Source: an uncultured Nitrososphaerota archaeon
GTDB taxonomy: Archaea > Asgardarchaeota > Njordarchaeia > Njordarchaeales > Panguiarchaeaceae
Length of the DNA: 27,610 nucleotides
Direction of reading: 5' to 3'
Assembly: GCA_964636085.1 (NCBI GenBank)
Contig: CAZWPQ010000011.1
Span: 23,948 to 51,557 of the forward strand
Of this stretch, positions 24,496-27,610 are shown piece after piece. Position 1 is the stretch's first letter. The number at the start of each line of letters is the position of its first letter. Both the position numbers and the translations under genes were made by a program. The notes beneath the pieces were generated by a model. The model was not told the DNA's origin. It was given only the letters and a program-made list of their open reading frames with translations, and made no database searches.

Positions 24496-27400
24496 ATGGG
24501 TAGGATTTATGTTAAAAATACGCTAATTTTAGTTCTCTTAATATTTGCGGCACAATTGATATCCAGCTATAGCATAGTATCAAGTGATACGGTTTCCACC
24601 GAGAGAACTTCAAGCATTTTGTTTAAAGATGCGACAAAAAACACTCTAACAGGTTGGAGGGCATACACTCAAATTGGCCCCAATGTCATGCATATAGGTT
24701 TTTCCTCCAAGTACACTAGGACAGAGACCCTTTGGAACTATACCGCGGAGGGAATGCGTATAGAGACACCATTAGTCGTCGACATAAACAATGATGGTGC
24801 ATATGATGTTATCCTATGTGCATATGGTAGGTTAGGTTCTGAAATTTTGGCACTGAACGGAAAAAACGGAATAGCTATGTGGAGAAAGTCATTTGCGCCA
24901 CCATTCCCAATATTGTCCCCCCTCGTTGCCTCGGATATAAATGGTGATTCCATAGTAGAGATTGCATGTACTACTGCCAGTGGAGAACTATATATCTACA
25001 ACACCTCAGGTACACAAATACTGGCAGAAAAAGTTGGTGTTGGCCCCCTCACCTATCCAGTAATGGGGGATATAGACGGCGACGGGATAATAGAAATCAT
25101 TATAGGTGATTACGCAAACACTACAAGGGTTTATAAGGCGAGTGGGGCAACAATAGCTTCCTACTGGAATTATACTATTGGTGGGCCTGTGGTTGCTTCT
25201 CCCGCTCTTGGTGATGTTGATGGTGACGGATCTCTGGAGATAGTTGTTGGCGGTGTGGATGGTGTTGTTTATGTTTTGGGTAATGATGGCTCATTGGAAT
25301 GGGATTATACTATTGGTGGGCCTGTGGTTGCTTCTCCCGCTCTTGGTGATGTTGATGGTGACGGATCTCTGGAGATAGTTGTTGGCGGTGTGGATGGTGT
25401 TGTTTATGTTTTGGGTAATGATGGCTCGTTGGAATGGAACCATAACATATCGACTCCTATGAATTATACTCCTGCTCTTGGTGATGTTGATGGTGACGGA
25501 TCTCTGGAGATAGTTGTTGGCGGGAGTGACGGTGGCATCTATGTTATTAATGGCGTAGATGGTGGTCTCATCTGGGATCTAAGTGTCGGACCCAATATAA
25601 CAACTGGTATAGCTATTGGAGATCTTGATGGGGACAATAAATTGGATATAGTGGTGGGAGCAGGTGATGGTAGAATTTATGCCGTTGATGGAAAAAGGGC
25701 AAGACTTTTATGGAGCTATCAAACAGAAGATGCCATATCTGCGTCACCGATATTTGGGGATCTGAATGGAGATAATACCGTGGATGTGGTTGTAGGTAAT
25801 GGAGTGGGCGAAGTATATGCACTTTCGGGTACGACAGGGTCGGTAAGAATTTACTGGCAAGGCCTGAGGGGCGAGGATACTGGAGCGAAGAATTTGGATC
25901 TAATAGATCCCGACCATGATATGGCCTCCAACTATACGGAGAGCATATTTGGAACAGACCCAGCAAACAATGATACCGATGACGACACAATGATAGATGG
26001 ATGGGAAATAAATTTCAATTTAAATCCAATGGATCCAAGCGATGTAGATCTCGATTTAGACGAGGATGGTCTAACGAATCTGCAAGAGTACAACCTAGGT
26101 ACTGATCCACAAGCTGTTGATTCCGATGGCGGTGGTGCTGGTGATGGTTGGGAAGTTCAATATGGTTTTGACCCGTTAAATGCATCTGATGAGGAACTCG
26201 ACAATGATTTGGATGGATTAACTAATATTGAGGAGTATATTTATGGCACAAATCCTTGGGAAGCGGATACGGATTCCGATGGAATGTCAGACGGATGGGA
26301 GGTATGCTATGGATTTGATCCTATTAGTCCTCATAATGCTCATCAAGACATTGATGGAGATGGCCTAACAAATCTTGAAGAATATCAACATGGCTCTAAT
26401 CCCTACAGGACTGATACTGATGGCGACGGGCTTGATGATTATGAAGAGGTACAGTATGGCACAGACCCAGCAAATTATGATACAGACGGCGATGGCATGT
26501 CTGATCTATTCGAGATAATAATTGGCACAAATGCTACAAGCATAGATACCGACGGAGATGGAGCCAATGATACTCTCGAATACTTAGTAAACAATACGAA
26601 TCCTCTGGATCCAGATACCGATAACGACGGAATGTATGATGGCTGGGAAATCCAATATAATTTATCCCCCCTCAATTCTAGTGATGCGTCTTTTGACCTA
26701 GATGGAGATGGCTTAACAAATCTAGAAGAGTTTAATCATGGTACAAATCCATTGCTATATGATACCGATGGCGATGGTCTAGCGGACAACGCGGAACTTT
26801 TCGAAGGAACGGACCCCATAAATCCTGATACTGACGGCGATGGCCTAAGTGATGGTTGGGAAGTTCAATATAGTCTCAACCCACTAGATAGTAGTGACGC
26901 AACAGCCGATTTCGATGACGATGGGCTAGAGAATTACATGGAATTTGAAATAGGTTCGGATCCAACATCAGCAGATACGGATGGGGATCAACTAACAGAC
27001 TATGATGAGTATGTGTATTATAATACCAGCCCAATAAAGTCTGATACTGATGGGGATGGCCTACCAGATAACATCGAAATTGACTATGGGACAGATCCTT
27101 GTTCTGCCGATACTGATGGGGATGGCCTACCGGATGGGTGGGAGGTTCAATATGGTCTGGATCCATTATCACCAACAGACGCCAATATGGATCCAGATAA
27201 TGATGGCATGCAATCTCTAACTGAGTATCTTTATGGTACGGATCCGTTGTCGAATGATACTGACGGCGATGGTGTTGGTGATTTGGCGGAGTTGGTTTAT
27301 GGTACGGATCCGTTGTCGAATGATACTGACGGCGATGGAATGCTTGATGGGTGGGAGTTATACTATGGTTTAGATCCGGTAAATGCGTCTGACGCCTTTG

Positions 27401-27610
27401 CTGATCCTGACGGGGACACGATTCTCAATTATGATGAGTTCGTATATAATACAAATCCTCTAGATGCTGACACGGATGGAGATGGTACGCCCGATGAATG
27501 GGAAATTCGCTATGGACTTAATCCAAGGGATCCTGAGGATGCGAACTATGATATCGATGGAGATGGGTTGACAAACTGTGATGAATTTGAAAGGGGCACG
27601 AACCCATGGG
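24496..27610 (+). CDS. Secreted/surface protein: signal peptide, 8 FG-GAP/PQQ-like propeller blades and ~24 or more TSP3-like Ca2+-binding repeats; truncated by the window end
   Basis: Hand translation is open from ATG 24496 to the end: MGRIYVKNTLILVLLIFAAQLISS (signal). Blades: DINNDG, DINGDS, DIDGDG, 3x PALGDVDGDGSLEIVVG, DLDGDN, DLNGDN. These are followed by repeats of DTDGDG[LM]xDxxE...GT[DN]P and DxDxDGLTNLEE. Absent from the ORF track because the stop lies outside the window. Confidence 0.9.
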   Translation, partial: MGRIYVKNTLILVLLIFAAQLISSYSIVSSDTVSTERTSSILFKDATKNTLTGWRAYTQIGPNVMHIGFSSKYTRTETLWNYTAEGMRIETPLVVDINNDGAYDVILCAYGRLGSEILALNGKNGIAMWRKSFAPPFPILSPLVASDINGDSIVEIACTTASGELYIYNTSGTQILAEKVGVGPLTYPVMGDIDGDGIIEIIIGDYANTTRVYKASGATIASYWNYTIGGPVVASPALGDVDGDGSLEIVVGGVDGVVYVLGNDGSLEWDYTIGGPVVASPALGDVDGDGSLEIVVGGVDGVVYVLGNDGSLEWNHNISTPMNYTPALGDVDGDGSLEIVVGGSDGGIYVINGVDGGLIWDLSVGPNITTGIAIGDLDGDNKLDIVVGAGDGRIYAVDGKRARLLWSYQTEDAISASPIFGDLNGDNTVDVVVGNGVGEVYALSGTTGSVRIYWQGLRGEDTGAKNLDLIDPDHDMASNYTESIFGTDPANNDTDDDTMIDGWEINFNLNPMDPSDVDLDLDEDGLTNLQEYNLGTDPQAVDSDGGGAGDGWEVQYGFDPLNASDEELDNDLDGLTNIEEYIYGTNPWEADTDSDGMSDGWEVCYGFDPISPHNAHQDIDGDGLTNLEEYQHGSNPYRTDTDGDGLDDYEEVQYGTDPANYDTDGDGMSDLFEIIIGTNATSIDTDGDGANDTLEYLVNNTNPLDPDTDNDGMYDGWEIQYNLSPLNSSDASFDLDGDGLTNLEEFNHGTNPLLYDTDGDGLADNAELFEGTDPINPDTDGDGLSDGWEVQYSLNPLDSSDATADFDDDGLENYMEFEIGSDPTSADTDGDQLTDYDEYVYYNTSPIKSDTDGDGLPDNIEIDYGTDPCSADTDGDGLPDGWEVQYGLDPLSPTDANMDPDNDGMQSLTEYLYGTDPLSNDTDGDGVGDLAELVYGTDPLSNDTDGDGMLDGWELYYGLDPVNASDAFADPDGDTILNYDEFVYNTNPLDADTDGDGTPDEWEIRYGLNPRDPEDANYDIDGDGLTNCDEFERGTNPW
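25165..25523 (+). repeat. In-frame 135-bp tandem repeat: two near-identical copies plus an in-phase partial third
   Basis: 25165-25299 and 25300-25434 differ at 2 positions (AAT/GAT and TCA/TCG). A 50-bp exact segment recurs in phase at 25474-25523. Confidence 0.95.
27230..27338 (+). repeat. 43-bp exact direct repeat at 66-bp period within the TSP3-like repeats
   Basis: TTTATGGTACGGATCCGTTGTCGAATGATACTGACGGCGATGG at 27230-27272 and 27296-27338. Confidence 0.95.

Noticed and set aside
25165-25434. Diversity-generating retroelement TR/VR pair (both mismatches are A in copy 1 and G in copy 2; the unit is A-poor)
   Set aside because: There are only two differences, both ordinary transitions. 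The copies are adjacent and in-frame, and there is no reverse transcriptase or accessory gene in the window.
24738-27175. Minus-strand ORFs at 24738, 25613, 26475 and 26876
   Set aside because: They are antisense to the continuous + strand repeat protein starting at 24496.
25165-27338. CRISPR-like array
   Set aside because: Repeat periods are multiples of 3 inside an open reading frame, there are no unique spacers of uniform length, and there are no cas genes.
1-27610. tRNA, rRNA, C/D-box sRNA or IS elements
   Set aside because: By eye I found no cloverleaf, GC-rich structural RNA, convincing paired C/D boxes, transposase or terminal inverted repeats. Short sRNAs cannot be excluded without a covariance-model search.

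Overview
Gene-dense, AT-rich chromosomal window from an archaeon, most likely a thermophilic Asgard archaeon. This is an inference from GGTGA-type ribosome-binding sites, TATA-like promoters, archaeal-type XPB, XPF and AMP phosphorylase, and a longin+winged-helix protein that I recall from Lokiarchaeia. I found no rRNA, tRNA, CRISPR array, integrase or transposase. Contents in order: 5' end of iorB (missed by the ORF track); a 1359-aa, sequon-rich DUF2341 surface protein; a signal-less FG-GAP-type beta-propeller; sat plus an AlkP/NPP-family enzyme; a longin+wHTH protein; PGI/PMI; an NDP-sugar pyrophosphorylase; a short AMP-phosphorylase-like enzyme; an orphan DppD/OppD ATPase; a divergent locus (TIM barrel-HD-XPB on -, XPF-degenerate TIM barrel on +) around a promoter with a perfect 12-bp tandem repeat; two membrane proteins, one with a duplicated claudin-like tetraspan pattern; a DegT aminotransferase; and a >1000-aa secreted propeller + TSP3-like repeat protein that runs off the right end (missed by the ORF track) and carries near-identical, compositionally distinct internal DNA repeats. 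Best leads: (1) the XPB/XPF/pseudo-TIM-barrel locus as a candidate co-regulated archaeal excision-repair system; (2) an NPRL2-like longin-wHTH protein near a cytoplasmic ITFG2/BBS2-like propeller; (3) repeat homogenisation in the surface protein; (4) a sat-AlkP module with a non-canonical Sat active site. All family calls come from motif recognition by eye; no searches were run.
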